NCBI RefSeq assembly: GCF_018977255.1
Contig: NW_024704742.1
Location: forward strand, 12,278,001 to 12,342,000
Origin: Callorhinchus milii
Taxonomy: Eukaryota
Direction of reading: 5' to 3'
Length of the DNA stretch: 64,000 nt
Position 1 is the stretch's first letter; each line of letters starts with the position of its first letter. The notes below the pieces were generated by a model that saw only the letters and a program-made list of their open reading frames with translations, searched no databases and was not told the origin of the DNA. Below are positions 54,201 through 63,020 of the stretch, one piece after another. A program made the position numbers and the translations under genes.

Positions 54201-55635
54201 GTCCCTCTGCCTTGTTGATTTCCCTTCCATCTTCAAAAACTTCCTTGAAACCATTCTCTTCAACTGTGCTTTTGCACCTTTCTCCTCTAACTCCCCCTCT
54301 CCCAGCAAGAATTCAAGGACGTTTCTTTGCTTTGAGATGTCCTTCCATATGAATGGTAAGTTGTTGTTAGTTGGGCATTCACCTCCTTACTGTGCATAAA
54401 TTGCCAACAAAATAATAATACTAATAATAATAATAATCCTTGCATTTGATATAGCGCTTTTCACATCGGGAGGACGTCCCAAAGCGCTTCACAGAACACA
54501 CTGTAAAGTGAATTGACTGTATATTTGTGGGCGAACGCGGCAGCCAAATGCGCACAGCAATGTCCCACAAACAGTCGTAGATTGAAAATGACCAATTTAT
54601 TATTGTTTTTGGTTTTGGAGGGATTATTATTAGGCTCTGTGTGGAGTAAGGAAACTTGCCCAAGGTTTCGCCCTCTGCCTGGAATTGAACTCAGGTCTCT
54701 CACTTGCAAAGCAAGTGCTCTAACCACTGAGCTACAGGACTCCAAATATACAATCACTGTACTTTACAGGAAATACTATGAAGAGATTTCTAAAATTTGA
54801 AGGTAATAATTTTCATCCACAAAATATAGTCAATTCACTTTACAGTATATTCTGTGAAGTGCTTTGAAAAGTCTCCAAGACTTGATAAGGCGCTATATTA
54901 AAGGCAAGGATTATTATATATTATATATCAAATTCAAGGCCAATGGCTTTTGGCCAGTTAGCAATAAATTCCTCTCATTGTTTACTAACAAAATCACTCT
55001 TCTGTATATAATAGAAGACTTTCAGTATCTTCGAATGTTTGGAAACAGATATTTGCGATGAGAAATATCCGTTTCCATAGAATGGTTCCTATTTACAACT
55101 TTCTTTCTTGGCTATTTGCAATGTTAACATTTTCTTTATTTTTTCAAATAATTACACAGTATAGATTTGAGGAAGGTGGTAATAGAAAATTTAGCTGTGC
55201 AACTGTTCCATTAAGTACATCCTTGAAACAGCTGCTCACAATCACTCTCATGGCTTTAACATTACTGAACACAGATTATGGAATCAGATTTTGCTATGAC
55301 TGTGGTGTTAAGAGAGTAGCTTTGAAATTCAAATGTGTTCATTCAACGATTTCTAAACATTGATATTAATGTCAGCAGTAATTACTTTTGCTTTACCCCG
55401 TTTTATTTGTGTATCTGCTGTAGGTCGGACAATTATACTGTCTACCCACCACATGGATGAAGCTGATATTCTGGGAGATCGCATTGCTATCATTTCGCAC
55501 GGAAAGCTGTGCTGCTGTGGATCATCCATGTTTTTGAAGAAATTCTTTGGAAGTGGCTATTACCTCACTCTTGTCAAGTCTGAAGCAAAGAGACCTGCAC
55601 CTAGATTGGAAGTCGCAATCCCCGCAGGTTCAGAG
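49..55635 (+). CDS. ABCA1-like: Partial multi-exon gene (11 exons in window): ABCA1/ABCA4/ABCA7-family ABC lipid transporter, end of ECD1 to NBD1
   Basis: Exons join into 648 uninterrupted codons with [18 protein letters not shown], EKExx[11 protein letters not shown] (Walker A), CPQYN (Q-loop), LSGGMQRK (signature), [12 protein letters not shown] (Walker B) and STHHMDEAD (H-loop). Exon sizes 206/177/223/222/205/111/178/132/140/138/212 closely follow human ABCA1 exons ~13-23 as recalled. Exact paralog unresolved. Confidence 0.95.
729..792 (+). mobile_element. Very short L2 3'-tail insertion
   Basis: gggacgtcctcctgatgtgaaaggcgc...(gtt)n flanked by ttgtatag direct repeats. Confidence 0.65.
1385..1693 (-). 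mobile_element. tRNA-Ala-derived SINE (short subfamily)
   Basis: A-box/B-box head; same body as 18903, 25633, 36268, 53420 and 54411 copies. Confidence 0.88.
1725..2795 (-). mobile_element. L2 LINE fragment (RT), internally deleted, with SINE-type tail
   Basis: [38 protein letters not shown] in ORF 1799-2950; near-identical to 15610-17103. Confidence 0.9.
2810..3006 (-). mobile_element. Old DeuSINE (SacSINE1-like) 5' fragment
   Basis: Head gtgtcagcttggctcagttggtagcactc; Deu-like atgaga...aaaccgagg.ccgtctg. Confidence 0.65.
3574..3775 (-). mobile_element. L2 3' end
   Basis: (caa)n tail, aggaggacgtc, purine-rich 3'UTR. Confidence 0.7.
3957..4275 (-). mobile_element. CR1 (HER1-like) LINE 3' end
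   Basis: [14 protein letters not shown]...FKTEVDRFL; cataaga tail, same as 46763 copy. Confidence 0.85.
5010..5335 (+). mobile_element. tRNA-SINE (long subfamily) nested in old L2 (~4590-5870, minus)
   Basis: ggagtcctgtagctcagtg head, cctctgtttacctagcagtaagtagg block, (tta)n tail. Confidence 0.75.
7616..7792 (+). CDS. ABCA1-like: ABCA exon B (177 bp) PWYPGARDN...[11 protein letters not shown]
   Basis: tcttttcattacaag acceptor, gg|gtaagt donor; GGFAYIQD and [11 protein letters not shown]; absent from ORF track. Confidence 0.95.
7930..8310 (+). mobile_element. Old DeuSINE
   Basis: atgagacattaaactgagg...gaagatcccatggcactattc. Confidence 0.65.
8550..8845 (+). mobile_element. tRNA-SINE long subfamily, head missing
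   Basis: ctctgtttaccaagcagtaagtagg...gctatatcaaattcaaggatt. Confidence 0.75.
9981..12240 (-). mobile_element. pol: Decayed endogenous retrovirus-type pol: probable protease C-terminus, RT, tether, RNase H
   Basis: [43 protein letters not shown]; RNase H IDGSS/SAQYAEL/DSAY/KVKGHS; several stops and frameshifts. Confidence 0.88.
12273..13321 (+). mobile_element. Internally deleted (mini) CR1: 5' repeat, ORF1 zinc finger fused to ORF2 C-terminus, 3'UTR
   Basis: CEVC...[16 protein letters not shown] joined in frame to [14 protein letters not shown]...TRGHSLK; (attctatg)n tail. Confidence 0.85.
13325..14251 (-). mobile_element. pol: Decayed retroviral integrase plus RNase H-IN linker, same ERV family
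   Basis: HSHPTAGH...CLVC zinc finger, [41 protein letters not shown]. Confidence 0.88.
15610..17103 (+). mobile_element. Young 5'-truncated L2 LINE (RT, C-terminus, 3'UTR)
   Basis: [33 protein letters not shown]; one frameshift near 16080; (gtt)n tail. Confidence 0.92.
17104..17452 (+). mobile_element. tRNA-SINE long subfamily, head apparently split by the L2
   Basis: Resumes at agtggttagagcactcgcc; ggactcctgt lies at ~15596 on the other side of the L2. Confidence 0.7.
17597..18278 (+). mobile_element. Older L2 3' fragment with a SINE tail nested in its 3'UTR
   Basis: [25 protein letters not shown] tail ~18105-18228. Confidence 0.7.
18903..19230 (-). mobile_element. Young full-length tRNA-Ala SINE (short subfamily)
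   Basis: Near-identical to other young copies; long (att)n tail. Confidence 0.92.
20678..20900 (+). CDS. ABCA1-like: ABCA exon C (223 bp), TM2-TM3 region
   Basis: ataacag acceptor, aag|gtaagt donor; [14 protein letters not shown]...MGL. Confidence 0.95.
24538..24953 (-). mobile_element. Young L2 3' fragment inserted into CR1
   Basis: (caa)n tail; agaca duplicated at both flanks. Confidence 0.88.
25633..25950 (-). mobile_element. Young tRNA-SINE inserted into CR1
   Basis: Full head to tail; catta at both flanks. Confidence 0.9.
28308..28514 (+). mobile_element. Young SINE, 5'-truncated
   Basis: Matches 3' half of young SINE. Confidence 0.85.
29308..29529 (+). CDS. ABCA1-like: ABCA exon D (222 bp), TM4-TM5 region
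   Basis: tttacag acceptor, att|gtaagt donor; YSDP...[11 protein letters not shown]...YLPY. Confidence 0.95.
31243..31447 (+). CDS. ABCA1-like: ABCA exon E (205 bp) SLLSTVAF...YIEAVFPG
   Basis: tttttcatcag acceptor, cag|gtgtga donor. Confidence 0.93.
31472..31582 (-). mobile_element. SINE head fragment in the 233-bp intron E-F
   Basis: ctcgcctcgcaagcgag anticodon arm and ggttcgattcc B box. Confidence 0.7.
31681..31791 (+). CDS. ABCA1-like: ABCA exon F (111 bp) [10 protein letters not shown]...KSYW
   Basis: ttggcag acceptor, aag|gtagat donor. Confidence 0.92.
31860..32084. mobile_element. Penelope-like element remnant (inverted pseudo-LTR hairpin)
   Basis: ~85-bp inverted arms; 13-bp TSD caatatatttgtg at 31847-31859 and 32085-32097. 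Confidence 0.75.
32181..32358 (+). CDS. ABCA1-like: ABCA exon G (178 bp), NBD1 Walker A
   Basis: ttattgcag acceptor, at|gtaagc donor; [20 protein letters not shown]. Confidence 0.95.
32655..33090 (-). mobile_element. Older L2 3' fragment
   Basis: Tail and purine-rich 3'UTR similar to young L2. Confidence 0.7.
34690..34821 (+). CDS. ABCA1-like: ABCA exon H (132 bp), Q-loop
   Basis: tctttgcag acceptor, ca|gtaagt donor; [12 protein letters not shown]...CPQYNVLFD. Confidence 0.95.
35716..36159 (-). mobile_element. Candidate solo LTR
   Basis: tgttggga...tcccaca termini, internal tatataaa on minus strand; no TSD seen. Confidence 0.4.
36268..36597 (-). mobile_element. Young full-length tRNA-SINE
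   Basis: Near-identical to other young copies. Confidence 0.9.
37100..37635 (-). mobile_element. Old CR1 3' fragment
   Basis: CR1 3'UTR hairpin region and decayed ORF2 C-terminus. Confidence 0.7.
37787..37988. mobile_element. Second Penelope-like inverted hairpin, inserted into a SINE
   Basis: Same family as 31860-32084; TSD acacttta(tg/ca)gta. Confidence 0.75.
38633..38772 (+). CDS. ABCA1-like: ABCA exon I (140 bp) LTVEEH...KNLSG
   Basis: ataaacag acceptor, cag|gtaaga donor. Confidence 0.94.
38810..39270 (+). mobile_element. Older L2 3' fragment
   Basis: [12 protein letters not shown]; pyrimidine-rich UTR; ttgttgtt tail. Confidence 0.7.
40330..41340 (-). mobile_element. Decayed CR1 (RT C-half and 3'UTR)
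   Basis: GSVLGPLLF...FADDT; EQRDLG; tail. Confidence 0.85.
43115..43252 (+). CDS. ABCA1-like: ABCA exon J (138 bp), signature and Walker B
   Basis: ctttacag acceptor, cag|gtacag donor; [30 protein letters not shown]. Confidence 0.95.
45180..45520 (+). mobile_element. Old DeuSINE
   Basis: gcattgtcggaggtgttgtccttcggatgaaatgttaaa. Confidence 0.6.
46416..53043 (-). mobile_element. LTR-like element relic interrupted by full-length CR1; internal decayed ORFs at ~51050-52950
   Basis: Minus strand ends ...aataaa...tcccaaca; ~85-bp direct repeat (46613-46697 vs ~52959-53043, ~9 mismatches). Confidence 0.55.
46763..51000 (-). mobile_element. Apparently full-length decayed CR1 (HER1-like): ORF1 zinc finger/coiled coil and SGNH esterase; ORF2 APE endonuclease and RT
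   Basis: CEEC..CSKC, VIGD, CLPGARV, HIGTND, GLHLN; YLNAQS, ITETW, YRPP, GDFN, SDH; KSPGPDG, GVPQGS, FVDD; 5' boundary approximate. Confidence 0.92.
53314..54010 (+). mobile_element. Young short SINE (53420-53743) nested in an older long SINE
   Basis: Older head 53314-53415; body resumes gcctctgtttacctagc at 53745. Confidence 0.85.
54411..54743 (-). mobile_element. Young full-length tRNA-SINE
   Basis: Inverted near-identical partner of 53420-53743. Confidence 0.9.
55424..55635 (+). CDS. ABCA1-like: ABCA exon K (212 bp), H-loop
   Basis: ctgctgtag acceptor, gag|gtaatg phase-0 donor; [28 protein letters not shown]. Confidence 0.92.
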
Positions 55636-56864
55636 GTAATGCAGTTTTAATTTAAATGTTGTGGTTTCCTTTAGATCACAAGATCACAAGATTGGTTTGG
55701 ATGAAATGGCCGTTCAAGCCATTTCATCTTATCCTTCCAGTTAATCCACCCCCTACCATCCCTCCCCATCTCAGCACCAAGCTGCTTTTTTAACCTGGCC
55801 TTAACTACCCTTCCACACATCCTGGAGTCACTTTGCATCATCGCTTCACGTGCCTCTTTTGAGGTCCATCAAAAGACCTTCCTCTTTGACCGAACCTTCA
55901 TTCATCTTAACCACCAACCCCCCCCATCCCGGCTCCCAGCTTGTGTGAAAATTCTCAACTGTCCAGGGCATTGGCACTCACGATGTGAAAAGTGCTATAT
56001 AAATTTCATTTTTTGGTGATGATATTGTTAAGACTCCAGCGGTACCCCAGTGCACACTCTGGGATCCTCAAGCTTTGGCTCAAACCAACCTAGAGTCTGC
56101 TTTGGGATGTTCTGGAATTCAACCATGTCAAAACCGCAAGGTTTGCCATTGCAGATACTATCTAGCAAGCTTCCCGCCTTTTTTCAAGCGGGGGCTATCC
56201 TACCCATTAGAGATTTTGCATTTAAGGTTGACAAGATCTGGTTGGGAAGAATCACTGTGAAATTTCCAGTTTTAGAATGGAATGTGCAGACTACTGAGAC
56301 CACCACAGAGGATAGATTGGATTCCGATAATTCTTTGCCAGGCACGTCCTCTTGATGTATGACAATGTCTTCTTGATGTATCAACAATCCCATGATTCTA
56401 TTCAAAAAGACAAGATAATTTTGTTTACTCTGCCAGTCAGCAATACTGTAAATAAAATTGCTCATTTCCCTTGTTTGTTTGTGGAACCTTGTTGCATGCT
56501 CGTTGCACGCCAACAGAAGCAGTTACTACATTTGATAGTAATTACTTGTGAGGCACATGGAGACGTTTTAACATAAGCATGGTGAGGGTTTTCACATGTA
56601 TCACTCCAGACTGAAAATAAGTAAAGTGATTTTATTATTATAAATGTTAAACATATCAGAGGCTATAAAATTAAACTTGCTTCAAATAGGTACAATTTCA
56701 GTTAAAGAGTTCATTCTTTACATCAGAATTACGGTCTTGGAAACAATACAATCTTTCATTTTTATTAGTTTGTTTTTCATGTGTCTTAGACTGGCCTGGT
56801 TTCTCATGTCATCCCTCACTTTCATTCGGAGTGCATTCATCTCTTGGGTCTTCATGCCTGTCAT

Positions 56865-57220
56865 GGAGCCCTGTAGCTCAGTTGTTAGAGCATTCACCTC
56901 ACAAGCGAGAGATCCTGGTCCGATCCTTGGCAGGGCAAAATGTTAGGCAAGTTTCCTTACTCCACACTCTGTTTATCTAGTAGTAAGAAGGAACCCAGTT
57001 GTTAGTCGATTGGCAGATCACTTTTTCGGGGGTAATAATTCCTTAAAAAAAATGGTCACTCAATCCACGATTGTTTTTGGGATACTTTGTGCTCAAAAGG
57101 CTGCCACATTTCATCTCCAAAATATACAGTCTATTTACTTTACAGGATATTCTGTAAAGCACTTTGAGTTGTCTCGAAAATGTGATAAAGCACTATATCA
57201 AATACAAGGATATTATTATT
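56865..57220 (+). mobile_element. tRNA-SINE long subfamily
   Basis: Head, long central block, tail. Confidence 0.8.
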
Positions 57221-57527
57221 GTTCTTCATAAGCTAACGGTCAAGTTAACTTTGATTAACAGAGTCTGTAGTCTTTGTTCTATTCAATAAAGATCTTCATG
57301 AATCTTCATTTTTCTTCCTCTCATAGCAGCATTACTATAGAGGAGGTTTTGTCTGTCTACATTTCCCTTCCCATTGAATTTCTTGAATCTGCCTTCCCTT
57401 TTGAATGTCTTTCATTCAAATCTGTTTTTGAATCTCAAATTTCAAGATTCCATCTTGAATCTCCCTTAGTTTCAAATATTTCAATGTTTCACATCTATTT
57501 TTCTGAGCAAAACTCTCTATTAATAGC

Positions 57528-57885
57528 ATCATGTAGCGTATTGGTTAGAGCACTTGTCTCGCAAGCAAGAGAACCTGGGTTTGGTTGCCAGGCAAGGAAA
57601 AACCTTAGGCAAGTTTCCTTAATCCGCATGCCTCTGTTTACCTAGCAGTAAGTAGGAACCTAGTTGTTAATTATTTGCAGTTTGCTTTCTGGGGTAATCC
57701 TTTAAAAAAATAATAACAATAATTTGGTCACTCAATCCATGACTGTTTGTGGGACACTGCTGTGCATAATTGGCTGTCATGTTTTGCCCACAAAATATAC
57801 AGTCAATTAATTTTGTAGTATATTCTGTGAAGCGCTTTGAAACGTCTCAACAACATGATAAGGTGCTATATCAAATGCAAGGTTT
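57528..57885 (+). mobile_element. tRNA-SINE long subfamily
   Basis: Head, long central block, tail. Confidence 0.8.
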
Positions 57886-58694
57886 ATGAATTTTGTGTTA
57901 CCAGGTATTTGGGTTCTCCCGTTATGGGCTGAGATGATTAGAGTGAAATTCTGATCAGATTTCTAATCTAATTTTACCTTTCAATGACCTCAACTGTTTT
58001 TCTTCTTAATTATTCTTAGACATTTGTCCTTGGAATGGTTGACTCACCTTGTTCCAATTCTAGTGACTGGTCTGCCCTTCCAAGTCCAGCTGATGAGCTA
58101 GGCTGTCTGTGCTCTCATGAGTAGTGCTCTGGAATACTGTGGATCCACCTGGCTCAAGAACTGTACTACTGAGACCACCAAAGAGAGTGGGCTCAATTGC
58201 CAAACATGTCACCTTGGAGGCAATTCAGCTCCAAGGAGACGCTTTTTATCTCCCCCCCCTCCCCACCCAAAAAGCATAGTCACTGGTTAGTAATTTGATA
58301 TCCGACAAGCCCTGTGAGCTTCCTGGTGGGCAGCACAGCTTAGCATGAAATGCGTGAGAGCATTGCCATAATGTCCTGATATTTCAGACACACATCCCTT
58401 CCCATTGAGCGACGGTTTCATTTGTTGCAGGTGCGTATCTTAAGCAACATCTGCTTACCTTTCTACAAGCCAATCAGGGTGGACTCCAGGCACTAGATGT
58501 ACATTTCCATGTTCATGAACTCAGATTCGAATGGTTGGCCGAGTGTTCAAGAGATGTTCCACAAATCTACAGGATATTGAAACTTCAGGCAAAGGCCATG
58601 ATAAATGTCTCACTTTGTCTGGGTGATTTAAACAAAAGCCTCTTTTTTCCACTCTTTGTTTTATGAGATGGAAGGATGAATTGCAACATTTATA

Positions 58695-59131
58695 TACAAC
58701 AACAACAACAAGGTTCCATTTATTGAGCGCCTTTCACGTCGGGAGGACGTCCCAAGGCGCTGTACAGTTGGGTCAGGACCCGAGCAAAGGGGAAATGGTC
58801 AGGGTGAGGGGAGAGAGGGAGCGAGGAGGGGGTAGAGAGTCGAGAGGGGAGCTGAAGGCTCGGTCAAAGAGAAAGGTCTTGAGACCGGCCTTGAAGGAGG
58901 AAAGGGAGGAGGCGGCGAAGGCACTGGGGGATAGAGTTCCAGAGCCTCAGGGCTGAGAGGCTGAAGGCCCGACCACCGATGGTAGGGCGGTTGGGGCGGG
59001 GGATGTGGAGCAGACCGGAGCCAGAGGAACGGAGGGTACGGGCAGGTAAGTAGGGGGATAGTAGGTCAGAGAGGTAGGAGGGAGCAAGGCCGTGAATGGC
59101 CTTGTAGGTGAGGGTGAGGATCTTGAATTCA
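58695..59131 (-). mobile_element. Young L2 3' fragment
   Basis: [20 protein letters not shown]; (caa)n tail. Confidence 0.9.
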
Positions 59132-59639
59132 AGTATTAATAACTGGGAAAACAAATTTCAGAAGCAACCTTCAGAAACAATTCCATTCCATCTCAGTTCA
59201 ACTATTGGCAAAAGGTAGTCTATGATTGCAAAGCTGTCATCAATAGCAGTTTACATCTCCAGGTCACTATGGTTGTTTACAAGATAAAGCTCTCGCTATT
59301 TTGTTTCTCTTGAATGCAGAATGCATGTCTTTGTGAAAAATCAATGTGTTAATTAACTTTTAACTATGTAACAAATAGTTGATTGATTGGTGCCCATTAT
59401 CCATTGACAGCTCTGGGAGCTGGAACATTGTCTCTCTTTGTCATCCTGTTTGCATTATACGACTGCCACCAAGAGTGATGAGTTGCAGCAATAGATTACA
59501 GAACTGGAAGTGCTATCGATCGAGCAAGAATGAAAGAACCCACCATCCTCCATCTGTAAAACTTCAGTCAGTTTGTGTGTAGTAAGGTGTACATCCTGGC
59601 CAGTGCCCTCTCTAACTTAACATGCATTGTGTTCCGGAT

Positions 59640-59995
59640 AATAATAATACTTGCGTTTGATATAGCCCCTTATCACGTTGTTTAGACATCGCAAAGGGCT
59701 TGTATAATAATAATAAAATTAATAATAATAATAAGGGTTCAAAGGGTTTCACAGTATACACTGAAAAGTGAATTGACTGTGTATTTTGTGGATGAAACAC
59801 AGCAGCCAATTGCACACAGCAGTGTCCCACAAGTAGTTATAGATTGAGTGACCTAATAATTATTCTTTTATTTTTTACGGGATTAATATCTTCAGAAAGC
59901 GATCTGCCAATCGACTAACAAGAGGTTTCCTACTTACTACAACGTAAACAGAGGTGTGTGTGTGTGGAGTAAGCAAACGTGCCTAAAGTTTTGAT
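59640..59995 (-). mobile_element. tRNA-SINE long subfamily, head missing
   Basis: Body and tail match. Confidence 0.7.
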
Positions 59996-62249
59996 AACTG
60001 AACAGTTTAGATCAGTGCTGGCCAACCTTTATGGTTGGCCAACAAAATAAATTCCTTTGAATTATATAAATCAAGAAAAAAATTTAAAACCCACTACTGA
60101 TCAAATAGAGAATTACCTAGACTTGTGCAATTGTTCAGGCATCCACTTCTTTATTGGTCAGCATGTTTGCAGGAAGGGAGTCTATAAGTTTGATCACTCT
60201 CTGGTTTCTCTTTCCAGTGATTGATTTGTGCAAGAGTGGAAAGTCAACAATTGTCTTATTACGGAATGTGATTATTATACCAATGTTTAATTTGAGAATC
60301 AATAATTGTGAGGAAGAAAAATCATCTACTCGTTTTAAACGTAAATAAATAATCTTTACATTTGATATAGCTCCTTTCATGACAGGACATCTCAAAGAGT
60401 TTCACAGGATATAGTGCTAAGTGTTGTGACTGTGTTTTATGGGTTAAATAGGTTACAATAATCAAGTAAAAACAGTAATTTAATTGTGTAATCTTTTGCC
60501 TAAATGCAGATGGACTTTATAATGTGTAAACTTCTGGCATGTGTAATAATACTGTGCTGCAATTTAAACAGAGTTTGTTAGTGTGATATATGATCATGTA
60601 AAATTTTAAAAAGTGGAATATTTGGTGTGGGGCAATTAAATCTTGTTACATGCGCTTGTAAAAGCAAAAAAGTGACAAGACAGCAATTCAGGTCAATAAA
60701 GTTGAGGATTCTGCATACGAAACAGGCCATTCTACCCATCAAACCAGTAACCAGTACTGGGGTTTATCTCTACTAGAACCAACTAATTTAATCCCACTTT
60801 CATGCTCACTCCCCATACTTTTAAAATTCTTCCTTTTCAAATATAAGAACATAAGAACAGCTGCATGAAAAAAAGACTTAGGGTTCATCTAGTTTGCCTT
60901 CCACCATCCTGGTGATCACATGCACATATGTCATGAACTACCTATGTATTAAATCGCATAATGTTATTCCTAAAAGAAAACTATCTAATTTTTGTTTGAA
61001 GGAATATCTATCTCTTTTAAAATAATTTATAGATGTTATGGTTTGTGGCAGAGAATTATGTATTCCAACCACACTTTCTATAAAGAATTTGATTTTGACC
61101 TCCCCTTGATTCTTCTTGTGATTTTCCTTAAATTTGTACCCACCCATAACTCAGAACTGTTGTTAGTTTATCAGATATTGCTATTAAATAGCTCATAATT
61201 TAATACCTAACATCAGACTGAAATATAGAATACTGTATACATGTTTGGGGTTTCATAGATAAAATTAAGAGATCTTATAAAGATAAAAAAACCTTGTATT
61301 TGATATAGCATCTTTCCTGTCAGAAAGACATTTCAAAGGGCTTTCACAGAACTTGTTGTAAAGTGCAGTGAGTGTGTATTCTGTAGGTGAATACAACAAC
61401 CAATTTGTGCACAAATGTCTTCAGTTGTGTTGAGATGACAATCTGAGCTGTAGGAGCACTCAATATTATTGCTGCTGCAATCTATTTTATAATGCCCCAA
61501 ATCTGGTTCAGCAGGTAGGACCTGTGTCAGGTGATGAATCTACTCTACATAACAGTTGGCTGAAGTGGATTAAAGCCCAAATAATTTTAGGAAAAGTAAC
61601 AAGGATACAATTATGGAAAGAAAGGAGATGAAATGTGCTAAATGTCTGGGGCCATTTGCGATGATGACCTTGGTATTTTATCTCAGAGGAAATGGATAGT
61701 GGTGATTTGCAGTCAGAATAGAAGATGAATATTTTACAACTTTTTGCACCACTTAAAAGAAAAACTTAAAAGAAAAATCAATTGAGACCATTCTCATTAG
61801 AATTCATATCTAACTAGTTATCTGAGTTTTACTTGCAAGTATCCTTAACTCGCTGGCATAAGTAATGTATTTTATGCCTGTCAGCTGCAGGGAAAGTACG
61901 TTATCTGATTGGAAACTGAGGTTCAGACAATTAATTGCAATCGATAAGGTTAGACAAATGAACTATTACAAGAACCAGAGGGTTACACTAATTACTATTA
62001 ATCTTGAGTGATAGTTGATAATTGCTTAAATGATTACAATAATTGTTATTAGAGATATGGATGTAACCAAGCTTGTTTAAGCTTGTTTCTACCATGTGAG
62101 ATAGCGTATTGGAATTTCAGACAGTAAAAAACCTCAAGATGAGCACAGACTGTAAGAGCCATCTGCCCCTTTTCAGTCACTTTTTCTTTATTTTGAATTG
62201 CAAGTTTATGTTTCCTTTAGTTACCCATTAGGTGACAGCCTGGCACACT

Positions 62250-62580
62250 CTAACAACAACTATAAATTTCATTTGCATAGCGCCATTCACATCAGGAGGA
62301 TGTCCCAAGACAGTCAGGATTTGGACCCGAGCTAGGGGTTTGGATCAGGAGGGGTGAAGAGGTAGAGGTAGAAGAGTGACCGAAGGTGGGGTCGAAGAGA
62401 AGGATCTTGAGATGGGCCTTGAAGGAGGCAAGGGAGTGGGTCAGGTGAAGGGACTCTGGGATGGAACTCCAAAGGGTGGAGTCAGAAAGGCCTGACGGCC
62501 TATGGTGGGACAGGCCAGGTAGGGGACATGGAGCAGGCCGGAGCCAGCTGAGTGGTTAGGTCTGTATGGAGTTACGAGGT
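62250..62580 (-). mobile_element. Older L2 3' fragment
   Basis: Tail and UTR match. Confidence 0.7.
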
Positions 62581-62624
62581 CATAGAGGTAAGGAGAAGAA
62601 AGGCAGTGAAGGGCTTTGAAAGTA

Positions 62625-63020
62625 TAGTCTCACCTCTGAGTTAGAAGATTGTGGGTCTTGGAAGTCACATAGTCTAAGATCACATGCCAATGCAGTCCTA
62701 TGTGGGGAGGGGAACTTGTATTGCCAGAGGTGCTGTCCTTCGAATGAGACATTAAACCGAGGCCCCATCTACCTGTTCAGGTTGATCCCATGGCACTATT
62801 TGAAAAGAGAAGTGTGTTTCTTCCGGTGTCCTGGCCACAATTCCCAAATAAAATTGGTCGCCCACTCCATGGCTGTTTGTGGGACCCTGCTGTGCGCAAA
62901 TTGACTGCCGCATTCACCCACAAAATACACATTCAATTTACACTATATCCTGTGAAGCACTTTGAGATGACTCGACGATGTGATAAGGCACTATACCAAA
63001 TGCAAGGATTATTATTATTT
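62625..63020 (+). mobile_element. DeuSINE (SacSINE1-like), near full length
   Basis: gaggtgctgtccttcgaatgagacattaaaccgaggcccc...cccatggcactatttgaa...ctgtttgtgggaccctgctgtgcgcaaattg, L2-type tail. Confidence 0.75.

Noticed and set aside
55621..55635. Alternative exon K donor cag|gttcag at 55627
   Set aside because: It would give phase 1; the homologous ABCA1 intron is phase 0 as recalled, which matches 55635.
58430..58500. NQGG word suggesting a DIRS RNase H
   Set aside because: A single short motif without the surrounding DAS/HIN-LE motifs.
61515..61600. Candidate next ABCA exon (cag|GTAGGACCTGTGTCAGGTGATGAATCT...)
   Set aside because: Weak pyrimidine tract, no convincing donor or homology; no further exon could be supported in 55636-64000.
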